DNA of 64,000 nt from positions 1-64,000 of IMG/VR virus record IMGVR_UViG_3300010391_001464; one strand, written 5' to 3'. The notes below the pieces were generated by a model. It searched no databases. It had not been told where the DNA came from and was given only the letters and a program-made list of their open reading frames with translations. Both the position numbers and the translations under genes were made by a program. This document shows, piece by piece, positions 10,774 through 21,145 of this stretch; within the stretch, counting starts at the first letter, position 1; each line of letters begins with the position of its first letter. This DNA comes from a virus.

Positions 10774-12003
10774 ATGTTCATGTCAAAGACACAAGAAGTA
10801 AAACATGTTGAAAAGCTTGGGATTCCAACTCTTGGGATTGATGGTATTAGAAAACTTATTGAAAATGATGTACGTCTTTCTATTGTTGCAATGGAAAAAG
10901 GTATGAAGTTTGAAAAGTGTACCTTTCATATTATCGGACCTGCTGGAGTTGGAAAGACCCAAATTTGTTATCAAATTGCAGAAAATCTCAGCAAGTTATT
11001 TAAAGTAACCTTTGAAGTAATGATGATTAAAGCTCCAGTATTGAGCCGTGATGATATGATTATTCCATTTCCAGTCATAGATAATGGAAGAACTGATTTT
11101 AAAATGTTATATTCAGATTTTATCCCGAAGGAAAAGGACTCATATGGATTATTCGTTATAGATGAATTTTCTAGGGGTGATCATACATTTCAACAACTTA
11201 TGTGGCAAGTACAAAATGAATATTCTCTTCATTTACATAAATTCCCAAAAAAATGGTTTGTTATTTCAATTGATAATCCTGACGACCAGGAATATTCAAT
11301 GGATACTCTTGAAGATGCAGCTGGTATGAGAAGAATGATTCATGTGTATGTAGAAGTAAATCCTTTAGAATTTCTTAACTATGCAAAAAAGGCTCAAATA
11401 CATCCTTTGATTATTGATTATATTGAGGCAAAACCTGATAAGTTATATGATTTTGAATCTCAGAAAAAGGGAGCTGTATATGCTAACCCTGCATCTTGGG
11501 AAAAGTTGTCTGATCATCTAAAGAAATTCGATTTAGATGGTGGATGGAATAAGCATATGGATGAAATCGATGTTATTTCTTCAGGCTTAATAAATAGTCA
11601 TCATACTAGACTATTTAGAGAATTTGCAATGGATTTAAAGGATGTAACACCAAAAGATATATTCAATAATTATAATAAGGTTCGTCCTATCGTATTAGAA
11701 TTTGTCAAAAAGGGAAACAATACAAAACTAGCTGAAATTGTAAAAGGCTTCTTTACATTTATATCAAATAGCAGGCCAGTATATTCTGAAGTAGAACTTC
11801 TCAATATTATAAACTTTTTAACTGATATGCCGATTGATACAGCAGCTGTATTTATTACAGACGTTGATAATCTAGGTAGAGGTTCTGAAGAATATAAATA
11901 TATGACTAAACTACATGTTTCATCGATAAAATATGATAAGTATAAAACAGATTTTTATGAAAAATTAGCAAATATTTCTGACAAAAAGATTTCTGGTAAG
12001 TAA
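10774..12003 (+). CDS. MoxR-like AAA+ ATPase
   Basis: Walker A GPAGVGKT, Walker B LFVIDEFSRG, SIDNP, DAAGMRR, NPASWEKLS; adjacent vWA gene. Confidence 0.85.
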   Translation: MFMSKTQEVKHVEKLGIPTLGIDGIRKLIENDVRLSIVAMEKGMKFEKCTFHIIGPAGVGKTQICYQIAENLSKLFKVTFEVMMIKAPVLSRDDMIIPFPVIDNGRTDFKMLYSDFIPKEKDSYGLFVIDEFSRGDHTFQQLMWQVQNEYSLHLHKFPKKWFVISIDNPDDQEYSMDTLEDAAGMRRMIHVYVEVNPLEFLNYAKKAQIHPLIIDYIEAKPDKLYDFESQKKGAVYANPASWEKLSDHLKKFDLDGGWNKHMDEIDVISSGLINSHHTRLFREFAMDLKDVTPKDIFNNYNKVRPIVLEFVKKGNNTKLAEIVKGFFTFISNSRPVYSEVELLNIINFLTDMPIDTAAVFITDVDNLGRGSEEYKYMTKLHVSSIKYDKYKTDFYEKLANISDKKISGK

Positions 12004-12006
12004 GAA

Positions 12007-12026
12007 GAGATATATAAATATATCTC
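12007..12026. promoter_or_regulatory. 20-bp intergenic palindrome GAGATATAT-AA-ATATATCTC
   Basis: Perfect 9-bp arms; counterpart with the same architecture at 43016-43035. Confidence 0.5.
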
Positions 12027-12051
12027 CATATTATATATATAGAGAGGATAA

Positions 12052-13416
12052 ATGGAAGATACTGAGGATAGGTTAAAAGAATTAATTGCGAGAATGGTTC
12101 TCAGAACATCTTATTGGGGGTTCTTATTTTCATTAATTAGAAGAAAATCAAGCGACCAGTTTCCAGCACCAATGGGCGTGGCCCCAAATCGTGACGGAAC
12201 TATAACTTTATGGTATAACCCACAATATGTAGATAAAACTTCAGACAATTCGATCCTTAAAATTCTTGAACATGAAGGAATGCATTTATTAAATCAACAT
12301 GTTCCCAGATTAATAAGAATGATTGGAACTGAATCAGATCCTGTTAAAAAAAGTATAAAAATTAAAGTTTGGAATTTAGCATCTGATTGTTGTGTAAATA
12401 GTCAAATGAAAATGCCAAAGGAACTTGAAATATGTGGGATTACGGTGAAGCTTTGTTTTCCTGAAAAGTTTAAATTACCAGCAGGTAAAGCATCTGAATG
12501 GTATTATGATGAATTGATGAAAAGTGCCGAAAAATTAATGGAAGAATTATCTAAGTGTCCAAATTGTGGAGAACCAAAACCTGGGCATGGTGATGGTAAA
12601 GATGGAAATGGAAATGATAAAAGTAAAGATTTTTGTACTTGTGGTGAAGGGGTAGGACAATTAGCAGACGATCATAGTCAATGGATAAATGATGATGTTA
12701 AAAATTCTCCTGACCAACAATCTTTAGCAAGAAAACTTGAAATGAATACTGCAAATACAATTCGAGAATCTACTAGAAGTTTTAAACAAAGAGGAACTTT
12801 ACCCGCCGGGATTGAAGAATTAATTGGTGATATATTAAATCCTCCTAAACTTCCATATCATTTAATCATTAGAAAATTAGTAAAGGGGTCTAGATTAAGT
12901 AAATTCAAACCAAGTTCTACAAGAATTAATAGAAAAAGAACTTATACATTTGTAACTGGAAAAAAAATAAATATACCAGATATAAGTCCTTTTCCAGGAA
13001 AGAAAAGAGACTTTACATTTAACATAGGAATTCTTATTGATACTAGTGGATCAATGGGACCAGATGATATGCTTGAAGGTCTTTCTGGTATTAAAGGAAT
13101 TATTGAAAATGATAAAAATGTACAAACTACTGTAATTGAGTGTGATGGTGAAATACAAAAAGAATACATATGTAAAAAAGTTAAAGATATAGATCCTAAA
13201 ATGAGAGGTAGAGGTGGTACTACTTTAGGACCGGGCCTTTTCAGATTTAAAGAACTTAATCCAGATATTATTTTATGTTTTACTGATGGATATACTGAGA
13301 ATATAAATAATTATATTAGATCAGATCTTCCTAAGAAAATTGTTTGGGTATTAACCCCTGACGGTTCTGCTGAAGTAGTAGATAGAACTGGTTATGTTGT
13401 TAGATTGCCAAAATAA
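12052..13416 (+). CDS. Metallopeptidase-like plus vWA domain protein (DUF2201-type partner of the AAA+ ATPase)
   Basis: HExxH (LEHEGMH), WNLASDCCVN, MIDAS DTSGS, GRGGT, FTDG. Confidence 0.88.
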   Translation: MEDTEDRLKELIARMVLRTSYWGFLFSLIRRKSSDQFPAPMGVAPNRDGTITLWYNPQYVDKTSDNSILKILEHEGMHLLNQHVPRLIRMIGTESDPVKKSIKIKVWNLASDCCVNSQMKMPKELEICGITVKLCFPEKFKLPAGKASEWYYDELMKSAEKLMEELSKCPNCGEPKPGHGDGKDGNGNDKSKDFCTCGEGVGQLADDHSQWINDDVKNSPDQQSLARKLEMNTANTIRESTRSFKQRGTLPAGIEELIGDILNPPKLPYHLIIRKLVKGSRLSKFKPSSTRINRKRTYTFVTGKKINIPDISPFPGKKRDFTFNIGILIDTSGSMGPDDMLEGLSGIKGIIENDKNVQTTVIECDGEIQKEYICKKVKDIDPKMRGRGGTTLGPGLFRFKELNPDIILCFTDGYTENINNYIRSDLPKKIVWVLTPDGSAEVVDRTGYVVRLPK

Positions 13417-13430
13417 AAATATTAATAAAT

Positions 13431-13467
13431 TGAAATTGTTGTCGGCGAGAATCCGACAACAATTTCA
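13431..13467. terminator. Perfect 15-bp hairpin (terminator or processing/stability element)
   Basis: TGAAATTGTTGTCGG / CCGACAACAATTTCA with a 7-nt loop; no clear U-tract. Confidence 0.55.
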
Positions 13468-13492
13468 TAACTTTAATCTAAGGAGAAAATAA

Positions 13493-13999
13493 TTGTCTAC
13501 TAAATTTTCAAAATATGTTTTAAAAACTAGAGAATCAGGTTCTAATGAGAATCATTGGAACAGATATACATTAAGATGTGAATGTGCGGACGGCGGTCAT
13601 GAAATTATTATAGATAGTTATGCTGCAGATAATGGTGAAGTTACATTAAATCTATATCAAAATCTTCATAGTCAAGAAGCATGGTATAGGTATAATAGAA
13701 CTAATATTAATACTGAAACATTTAAAGGTAAGTTGGAATATATATGGGAATGGACCAAGGACAATATTGATCTTTATAAAAGAAGAATTAAAATAGCAAT
13801 AAAAATTCTTTTCATCGGAGATGCAATGTTTCAGGGTGATATGTTAATATTAAGTCCAGATCATTTAGAAGAATTTATTGCGGCTTTAACTGAAGTAAAA
13901 GATGATATGAATATTTTTTATTCTAAATTAGCAAAAGAACATGAAGAATGGAATAGAAGAAAAAGTATTATATTAAATAAAAATATAGGGAATCTTTAA
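13493..13999 (+). CDS. Hypothetical protein
   Basis: 168 aa, TTG start with RBS AAGGAG. Confidence 0.65.
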   Translation: MSTKFSKYVLKTRESGSNENHWNRYTLRCECADGGHEIIIDSYAADNGEVTLNLYQNLHSQEAWYRYNRTNINTETFKGKLEYIWEWTKDNIDLYKRRIKIAIKILFIGDAMFQGDMLILSPDHLEEFIAALTEVKDDMNIFYSKLAKEHEEWNRRKSIILNKNIGNL

Positions 14000-14001
14000 T
14001 T

Positions 14002-14301
14002 ATGGAATTAAATAGTTCAGATAAATATAAAGAAATAGATAATTTAATAAATAATAATGTAGATTTATTTTGTAATGAAATAAAAATTACTTTGATGAAA
14101 AATGCTAGACTAAAAAATAAAGATAGTTGGTTAGGTTCATCTAAGGAGATATTAATATTAAAATTAACAGAAGAATTTGTTGAATTATTAACTGTTCTAA
14201 GACACTCAAATGATCCATATGAAATTACATTAGAAGCAACTGATCTAGCTGCTGTTTCTATGATGATTCATGATAATTATGGAATAAAGTTAAAAAAATA
14301 A
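14002..14301 (+). CDS. MazG-like nucleotide pyrophosphohydrolase fold protein
   Basis: KLTEEFVELL...EATDLAAVSMMI matches the EExxE...ExxD pattern. Confidence 0.55.
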   Translation: MELNSSDKYKEIDNLINNNVDLFCNEIKITLMKNARLKNKDSWLGSSKEILILKLTEEFVELLTVLRHSNDPYEITLEATDLAAVSMMIHDNYGIKLKK

Positions 14302-14314
14302 TTGGAGGATATAA

Positions 14315-16096
14315 TTGTTAGAATATAAAGCAAGCGATATACAAGTATTAAATGAAATTGAACATTTACAATTAAATCCAAGCATGTATGTTTCTAGAAC
14401 TAATGAACCAGGTCATTTAATTGAAGAACCATTTGACAATGCATTAGATGAAGCTTTAGCTGGTCATGCAACAATTATTGAAGTAAATTTAGACACAAAA
14501 AATCATATATATTCTGTAACCGATAACGGTAGGGGAATACCAATAGAAAATGATATACCAATTATTGTTTCTACTAAACTATTTTCGGGAGCAAAATTTC
14601 GGGACAGAAAATCAGCTTATATGATCTGTTCTGGTTTGCATGGAGTAGGTCTTGTTACTGTATTGGCTCTCTCTAAACAATATATGGTAGAGATCTATAG
14701 AAACGGAAAACATGCAAAATTTCTTTTTATTCAAAGTAAATTAAAAGAAAAAATTATCGAATCTTTTAATGGAGATAAGCCTTTTTCAACTAAAATAGAA
14801 TTTATTCCTGATAAAAAATATTTTAGTACAAATATTCCAGAAGTACATAGAATAAGACAAAGAATATTCTCAGCATCTGTAGAACTTCCTAATACTATAT
14901 TTAGATTGAATATAGATGGAAATATTGAAACTATTAAATTAGATAAAGACACACATTTTAAGAAAAACTGTCTAAATGATAGTGATGAAACAATATCAAA
15001 TATAATAGATATTAAAATAATTGATTCAGTAGAATTATTTGAATCTAAATTTTGTTATTCATGGAGTGGTGCTATAACTCCACGATTCATATCTTCTGTA
15101 AATCTTCTTCCGGTTCCTGATGGTGGATGCCATGTAAATTTATTTTATGAGTTTGTAAAAGATTATTTCACTGATAAAGGAAAAAAATCTAATTTAAAAT
15201 TTCAACCAAATGATACATTATGTGGATTACGATCTTATTTTAATTTACGTTTAATTAAACCTGAGTTTTCTGGTCAAGCAAAGTTTAGATTAGATAATAA
15301 GAAAGAAGATTTAGAAAGATTTATAAATAAATTAAAACCTACATTTGATGAATATTTTTCAAAGAATCCTCAAGTATTAGTTGATATCCTAGGTCATTTT
15401 GAAGATTATAGAAAAAGTATTGACTCTAAGAAGATTAAAGTTTCAAATGGAAGAAGAGGTTCTACAAAATTTACTAAGTTAAGAGAATGTACCAACCCAA
15501 ATGGAGAATTGTTTATAGTTGAAGGAGATTCTGCAGCTGGTGGTTTTGTACAGTCTAGAGATCCTAGAAAACATGCAATTTTTCCATTGAAAGGTAAAAT
15601 TCCATCAGCAGTTACTAAAAAAGAAATACTTGAAAATAAAGAAATGTCTGAAATGATTTTATCATTTGGTACTGGAGTTGGACCTCAGTTTGATATTTCT
15701 AAATTAAAATATAATAAAATAATATGTACTACTGACGCTGATGATGATGGGGCACATATTGCAGTCTTATTAACTATGAATATTGCTTTATTAACTCCAG
15801 AAATAATAAAACAAGGAAAATATTTTATTGCTATTACACCTCTTTATTCTATAAATGAAAAGAAAACATTTATACCACTATGGACAAAAGAAGAGTTAGA
15901 TAAAGCAGTAAATGATAAAAGAAATATAACCAGATTTAAGGGATTAGGAGAACTTAATCCAGAACAGATAAAAATTTCAATTCTAGATGAAAAAACAAGA
16001 TATTTAATCCCAGTACATTATTCAGAAAATATGGATTATCTTATAAAATTACTTTCTGACGCTAATGAGAAAAGGAAATTAGTGGAGGCCAAATAG
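14315..16096 (+). CDS. gyrB: Type IIA topoisomerase B subunit (GyrB/ParE-like)
   Basis: DNALDEA, DNGRGIP, SGLHGVG, TOPRIM VEGDSA, PLKGKI, DADDDGAHI, RFKGLGE. Confidence 0.95.
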   Translation: MLEYKASDIQVLNEIEHLQLNPSMYVSRTNEPGHLIEEPFDNALDEALAGHATIIEVNLDTKNHIYSVTDNGRGIPIENDIPIIVSTKLFSGAKFRDRKSAYMICSGLHGVGLVTVLALSKQYMVEIYRNGKHAKFLFIQSKLKEKIIESFNGDKPFSTKIEFIPDKKYFSTNIPEVHRIRQRIFSASVELPNTIFRLNIDGNIETIKLDKDTHFKKNCLNDSDETISNIIDIKIIDSVELFESKFCYSWSGAITPRFISSVNLLPVPDGGCHVNLFYEFVKDYFTDKGKKSNLKFQPNDTLCGLRSYFNLRLIKPEFSGQAKFRLDNKKEDLERFINKLKPTFDEYFSKNPQVLVDILGHFEDYRKSIDSKKIKVSNGRRGSTKFTKLRECTNPNGELFIVEGDSAAGGFVQSRDPRKHAIFPLKGKIPSAVTKKEILENKEMSEMILSFGTGVGPQFDISKLKYNKIICTTDADDDGAHIAVLLTMNIALLTPEIIKQGKYFIAITPLYSINEKKTFIPLWTKEELDKAVNDKRNITRFKGLGELNPEQIKISILDEKTRYLIPVHYSENMDYLIKLLSDANEKRKLVEAK

Positions 16097-16098
16097 TT

Positions 16099-16497
16099 AT
16101 GGAACTATTCATAGAGTTAGGTCCTATATTATTAAATATTAGTATATATTTATGGTTAGTAATAATAATAATTATGATTTTAAATATAATTAAAAAATAT
16201 GTAATACAAAAACATAATTTTATTTCAAAATATTTGATATTATTTTTACATAAATATAAAATTCTAACTGCAGTATGGATAAAAACAGAAGATAAATTAA
16301 TTTTAACTTTTAGATCTAATAAATTAAAACCAGATGAAACTAATTTTTCTTGGTGTTATTATTATCCGTTTTCTAATGAAACATATAAAAAAGTATTTCT
16401 TTTTAATAATGGAAAATGTTTTAGTATTTTAATTAAAGATAGAAATGGATACTGGAAAGACCATAATTCTATTCACTCAAAAATAATGGAGGTTTAA
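16099..16497 (+). CDS. Hypothetical membrane-anchored protein (paralog 1, ends KIMEV)
   Basis: N-terminal hydrophobic helix; shares NGK.F...WKD..SI..KIMEV with the next gene. Confidence 0.6.
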   Translation: MELFIELGPILLNISIYLWLVIIIIMILNIIKKYVIQKHNFISKYLILFLHKYKILTAVWIKTEDKLILTFRSNKLKPDETNFSWCYYYPFSNETYKKVFLFNNGKCFSILIKDRNGYWKDHNSIHSKIMEV

Positions 16498-16915
16498 ATG
16501 TTAAAGATTTGGATCAAAATTAAGATGACAGTAATTTACTATTATAATATATTAAAATATTATACTAAAGCATTTTTAAATAATTTACTTGACCGTTGTC
16601 TTTCATGTTTTTCATATATTTTTCTTATATTAATAACAGTCTGGTATAAGATATATAGAAAGTTTAATAAAGATATTAAATTAGTTTGGATTAAACTGAT
16701 TGATGTAGAAACTAATAAAAAATTAATTTTTCTGTCTGAAAAAAAAATATGAACCAATAAAAAGATATTATTATTGTAATCCGTATATTATTACTAATGA
16801 AGAAATTATTTTAAGTGATAATGGAAAAGCTTTTCCTCTTGAATATTCTTCTATAAAAGATGGTATGTTTTGGAAAGATTATACTTCAATCTCGTTAAAA
16901 ATAATGGAAGTTTAA
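16498..16915 (+). CDS. Hypothetical membrane protein (paralog 2), frameshifted in the A9 run at 16739-16747
   Basis: The +1 frame continues YEPIKRYYYCNPY...SDNGKAF...WKDYTSISLKIMEV-TAA. Confidence 0.55.
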
Positions 16916-17197
16916 AAAATGAGAAAAGAAAAAATATTTAAAAATGATGATGAATTATTTAATTTTGCTGACAAAAATGATTATAGTAATGTCTACATGG
17001 TCTTCTGAGGCTAACGATGTTTTAGAAAATTTAGATATGCATCTAAAAAATTTTGGAATTCAAGTTGTTTTGATTATGGCAGTTGATTATTATGCTTATA
17101 AAATTGAACCAATAAATATACTTTCTGCAACTAAATTTTATTTGGAAAGAGGCATTAATATTGAATAAAAATAATATGAAATAGAAGGAGGAAACAA

Positions 17198-18526
17198 TTG
17201 GATAAAATCATTCCATCTTTTTATGAGCGCTACGGTAGAATGGTAAATTTATCTAGAGCAATTCCTTTAGCCATAGATGGGTTAAAGCCAGTTGAAAGAA
17301 GAGTATTATTATCAGTATATGATATAGCAAGAGATAAATTTACAAAATGTGCTAAAATAGATGGACATTGTATAGGTAATTATCATCCTCATGCTTCTGT
17401 ATACGGAACTATAGTATTATTTGTAAATCAAGGATTTTTAGATGGTCAAGGAAATTTTGGCGCGCATATAGGAGTAGACGATTGTCCTCCTGCAGCAATG
17501 AGATATACAGAAGTTAGATTAAATAAAGAAATGTATGATATGACATTTAGACTAGTTAAATATGTTCCATGGAAAGAAGGAGAAATTATTGGGGATCAAG
17601 AACCAGAATTTTTGCCAACTATGTATCCTATTTGTCTTTTAGGTAAATATTATACTCAAGGTATTGGTTTTGGATTTAAACCTTTAATTCCATGTTATAA
17701 AAAGGAAGATCTACATAAAAGACTTTTATGGTTATTAGGTAAAAGAAAAACTAAACCTATAATAAAACCAGTATCTAATTGTGATATTATATCTGGAGAT
17801 GATTTATTAGAAAGTTTATTAACTACTGGAAAGGCAGCAATAAAAGTAAAAGGAAAATATACCTTAGAACCACATTTAAATAAATTAATTTTACATTCAT
17901 GGCCACCTGGTAAAAGTTTTGAAACTCTTTTAAGAAAATTCTCTTTAGAATTAGACTCAAGTGATATTGGATTTCAAGATTTATCAGCTAATGATCAAAC
18001 TGAGATTGTATTTGAGGTCCTTAAACAAAGAAATAGAGATGTAATATATAAAAGTTTTATAAAGAAAATGGATGAAGTATTAAATGGTTCTATATCATTT
18101 GAAACTTTAGTAGTCAAAATAAGTGAAAATAATAATCCATATGTGGTACCAGTTTCAATTGATTCGATGCTTTTAAATACATATAAAATGTATTTAGATG
18201 TGAACAAAATAATGTTACAATCTGAAATGAAAGAAACATACTTAGTTATCGACGAATATAAAATTCTAGAAAAAATACGTCCGGAAATTTCGAAAGAAAT
18301 TCAGAATAAAATAACAAATATAGATATTGTAATTAAAAGAATCTCAGACAAAATCAAAATACCAGAAGATATAATTAGAAATTTATTTGGAAAGTATAGA
18401 ATCAGTAAGCTTTTGACTCTTGATACTGATACAGAAAATCTTTCCAATGATATAAATAATTATTCAAATAAATTAAAAGATATAAATAATTTCGTTTTAG
18501 GACAATATGGAGCGATTAATGTTTAA
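17198..18526 (+). CDS. gyrA: Type IIA topoisomerase A subunit (GyrA/ParC-like, no C-terminal pinwheel)
   Basis: DGLKPVERRVL, YHPH, GQGNFG, catalytic AAMRYTE; only 442 aa. Confidence 0.95.
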   Translation: MDKIIPSFYERYGRMVNLSRAIPLAIDGLKPVERRVLLSVYDIARDKFTKCAKIDGHCIGNYHPHASVYGTIVLFVNQGFLDGQGNFGAHIGVDDCPPAAMRYTEVRLNKEMYDMTFRLVKYVPWKEGEIIGDQEPEFLPTMYPICLLGKYYTQGIGFGFKPLIPCYKKEDLHKRLLWLLGKRKTKPIIKPVSNCDIISGDDLLESLLTTGKAAIKVKGKYTLEPHLNKLILHSWPPGKSFETLLRKFSLELDSSDIGFQDLSANDQTEIVFEVLKQRNRDVIYKSFIKKMDEVLNGSISFETLVVKISENNNPYVVPVSIDSMLLNTYKMYLDVNKIMLQSEMKETYLVIDEYKILEKIRPEISKEIQNKITNIDIVIKRISDKIKIPEDIIRNLFGKYRISKLLTLDTDTENLSNDINNYSNKLKDINNFVLGQYGAINV

Positions 18527-18872
18527 AGATAAAGATTTAGTCTCTTGTAAACGATGTGACGGAAAAGGAATTAAAAATATTATATTAATTTTAGTTCATC
18601 CTTGTGATTCTTGTAATGGTAGTGGTTTAGTTGAATGGATTAAAAATATAGTATCTAAAAAAAGAAAAAGAAAAAATGCAACATTAAAAAATAGATCTCT
18701 TATTTTAGAAAATATAATCAAATTAGAAACCGCCTTAAAAGAAGAATTTGAACTTCTTGGTGAAATATATGTTTATGATATTATTGAAGATCTTCATAAG
18801 ATAGATGAATCTAAAGATATTAACGAGGAAATTAATATTGTTCTCGAAGGTACAGATTTAAAAGATAATTAG
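18519..18872 (+). CDS. DnaJ-type zinc-finger protein
   Basis: CKRCDGKG and CDSCNGSG repeats; ATG at 18519 follows GGAG. Confidence 0.6.
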   Translation: MFKDKDLVSCKRCDGKGIKNIILILVHPCDSCNGSGLVEWIKNIVSKKRKRKNATLKNRSLILENIIKLETALKEEFELLGEIYVYDIIEDLHKIDESKDINEEINIVLEGTDLKDN

Positions 18873-18998
18873 AATTATTAAATATAAACAAAATAGTTGA
18901 GTAAAATGATATCAAGAGAAAGATACCCAATTAAAAGACAAAATGAAGGTATTGAATTCGCTTCTAGTCAAGTAGAATATTAAGGAGGATGATGTTTT

Positions 18999-19535
18999 AT
19001 GTATAAAATAGGAAAGTCTTTTAAGTATGATTCTGCTCATAGAATTTTTAACCAAAATTTAAAAAAATTTAAAAAATCAATAGGATTATCTAATTTTGAA
19101 GAAAAATGTAAATGTTTGCATGGGCATACATTTAAAGTTATTATTGAACTTTGTTCTGAATCTTTAGTAGATGATATGATTTTAGATTTTAATTATTTAA
19201 AGTTTTTTAAAGATCATATTGATAAATATTTTGATCACAAAACAGTCTTATTTACTAAGGACCCTTTATTACAATTTTATATTAAATATAAAGATGATCT
19301 TCCAGAAGAAATTTTTAATGGAATAACAGTAGTTCCATTTAATCCTACCGTAGAAAATATGGCAGAATATTTCTTTTCTTATATTAGTCCTATATTGGAA
19401 CATACTGATGATATAAATGATATATTTTTATCAAAAGTTAAAGTTTATGAAACAGAAACTTCATATGCTGAATATATGAATGAAACTTATTTCTCATCAA
19501 ATATATATTCTTTAAAAGATTATCTTTTAAAATAA
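18999..19535 (+). CDS. queD: 6-carboxytetrahydropterin synthase (QueD/PTPS family)
   Basis: FKYDSAH, CKCLHGHTF, DFNYLK, FDH, NPTVENMA, VYETETSYAEY. Confidence 0.9.
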   Translation: MYKIGKSFKYDSAHRIFNQNLKKFKKSIGLSNFEEKCKCLHGHTFKVIIELCSESLVDDMILDFNYLKFFKDHIDKYFDHKTVLFTKDPLLQFYIKYKDDLPEEIFNGITVVPFNPTVENMAEYFFSYISPILEHTDDINDIFLSKVKVYETETSYAEYMNETYFSSNIYSLKDYLLK

Positions 19536-19545
19536 AAAGAATAAA

Positions 19546-21069
19546 ATGGACAATCTATTTACTATAAATAAAAATCCTATAAAGTTAAAAAAGAGAGCAG
19601 GAATCTTAATTCCTAATGAGTATGTCAACTCTCCGTTTTATAGTTATATAAGAGCTAATCTGACTAGGTCATTTTTAGAATATAATACTTCTGAATTGAT
19701 TATAAATAAATTTTTTCTTGAGTCAGATAAATTTCTTACTATTCCAAGATTTTTTCCAGTACAAGATTATATAGGAACTTATAATATAGAAGATATATCT
19801 AATCCTGGACAAGATATTAAAATAAACCATAATATAATTCCAAGAACTGAAACTCAAAAAAAGGCTATAAATTATATGTTGAAAAATGATAGCGGTCTTA
19901 TTCAGCTTCAACCTGGAGTTGGTAAGACCGTTATTAGTATATATGTTGTGGCCGAAAGAAAAAAGAAAACTTTTATATTAACACATAAAGATTATCTCGC
20001 CGAACAATGGATTGGTCCAGGAAAACAAGGAAGTAGAGCAGGTTTTTTAGATTTTACAGATTTGCCAAAAGAAGAAATAGTAAGATTAACATCTTCTAAT
20101 TTTCAAAATGCTCTTAAACGGTCAATAATAGTTACTACAGACCAAACCTTTATCTCCCTATTAAAGCGTAAGAGAAAAGAGTTCTTAGAAGCTCTACATA
20201 AGGCTAACATAGGGATTTTGATTGCAGACGAAGTACATACATCTGTCGGAGCTCCTACCTTTTCTGAATGTTCTATTCATATACCTGCCAAAGTTGTTTT
20301 TGGTTTAAGTGCAACTCCATATAGATATGATGGAAATGGAGATATAATTAAATATCATATGGGTCCATTATTTTCTGAAGATGATTCATCTGGTACTATG
20401 GATGCAAGAGTGTCAATATTTCTTTTTGACTTTGAAATAGTAAATGGTACAATTATAAGAAAGAAAAAGATAGTAAAGATAAATAGAACTAAATATTTAT
20501 GGTGGGAAGGTAAATTTCAAAGAGCTAGATATCTAAATTTATTTAAAAATTCTATACCGTTAATAAATTTATCAAAAAGTTTAATAAATAAATTTAAAGA
20601 TAATAAAGATATATTATTTATAGCTGAAAGAATAGAAAATTTTCTATTACCGATGTTTAATTGGACACCATCAGAAGATAAAGGTTTATTTATAAGTGGA
20701 AGTAAAGATGAAGATCTACAAAAAAACATAGTATATTCTACACCAGGAAAGATAAGAGATGGAGTTAATGTACCTAATAAAAATTTATTAATATTAACTT
20801 CTCCAATATCAAATATTGCCCAAATTACAGGAAGAGTCACTAGAACTAAAGAAGGAAAAGAAACTCCAATTGTAATAGATATGGTTGATACTGGTTGTAA
20901 AGACATTTATAAAACTTTATTTCAAAGATTAGACTACTATGATTTAAAAAAATGGCCAGTACAGTTTATAATAATAAGAAATGGAAAAACTGAAGTTATT
21001 GATAGAAAAGAAGCTTTTAAAATTTTAAATGATAAAAATGATAATCAGTTATCATTGGAGATTAAATGA
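19546..21069 (+). CDS. Superfamily 2 helicase (UvsW/XPB-like)
   Basis: QPGVGKT, ADEVH, GLSATPYRYDG, QITGRVTR. Confidence 0.9.
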   Translation: MDNLFTINKNPIKLKKRAGILIPNEYVNSPFYSYIRANLTRSFLEYNTSELIINKFFLESDKFLTIPRFFPVQDYIGTYNIEDISNPGQDIKINHNIIPRTETQKKAINYMLKNDSGLIQLQPGVGKTVISIYVVAERKKKTFILTHKDYLAEQWIGPGKQGSRAGFLDFTDLPKEEIVRLTSSNFQNALKRSIIVTTDQTFISLLKRKRKEFLEALHKANIGILIADEVHTSVGAPTFSECSIHIPAKVVFGLSATPYRYDGNGDIIKYHMGPLFSEDDSSGTMDARVSIFLFDFEIVNGTIIRKKKIVKINRTKYLWWEGKFQRARYLNLFKNSIPLINLSKSLINKFKDNKDILFIAERIENFLLPMFNWTPSEDKGLFISGSKDEDLQKNIVYSTPGKIRDGVNVPNKNLLILTSPISNIAQITGRVTRTKEGKETPIVIDMVDTGCKDIYKTLFQRLDYYDLKKWPVQFIIIRNGKTEVIDRKEAFKILNDKNDNQLSLEIK

Positions 21070-21145
21070 CGAAAAAATCATTGAATGAAGAACAACAATT
21101 TAGAAAACTTTTATATAAGTTTATAGAAAATATAGGTAATAAATA

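Noticed and set aside
16919-17168. Further possible frameshifted ORF (MRKEKIFKNDDELF... joining 16944-17168)
   Set aside because: Plausible, but there is no motif or paralog to fix the junction.
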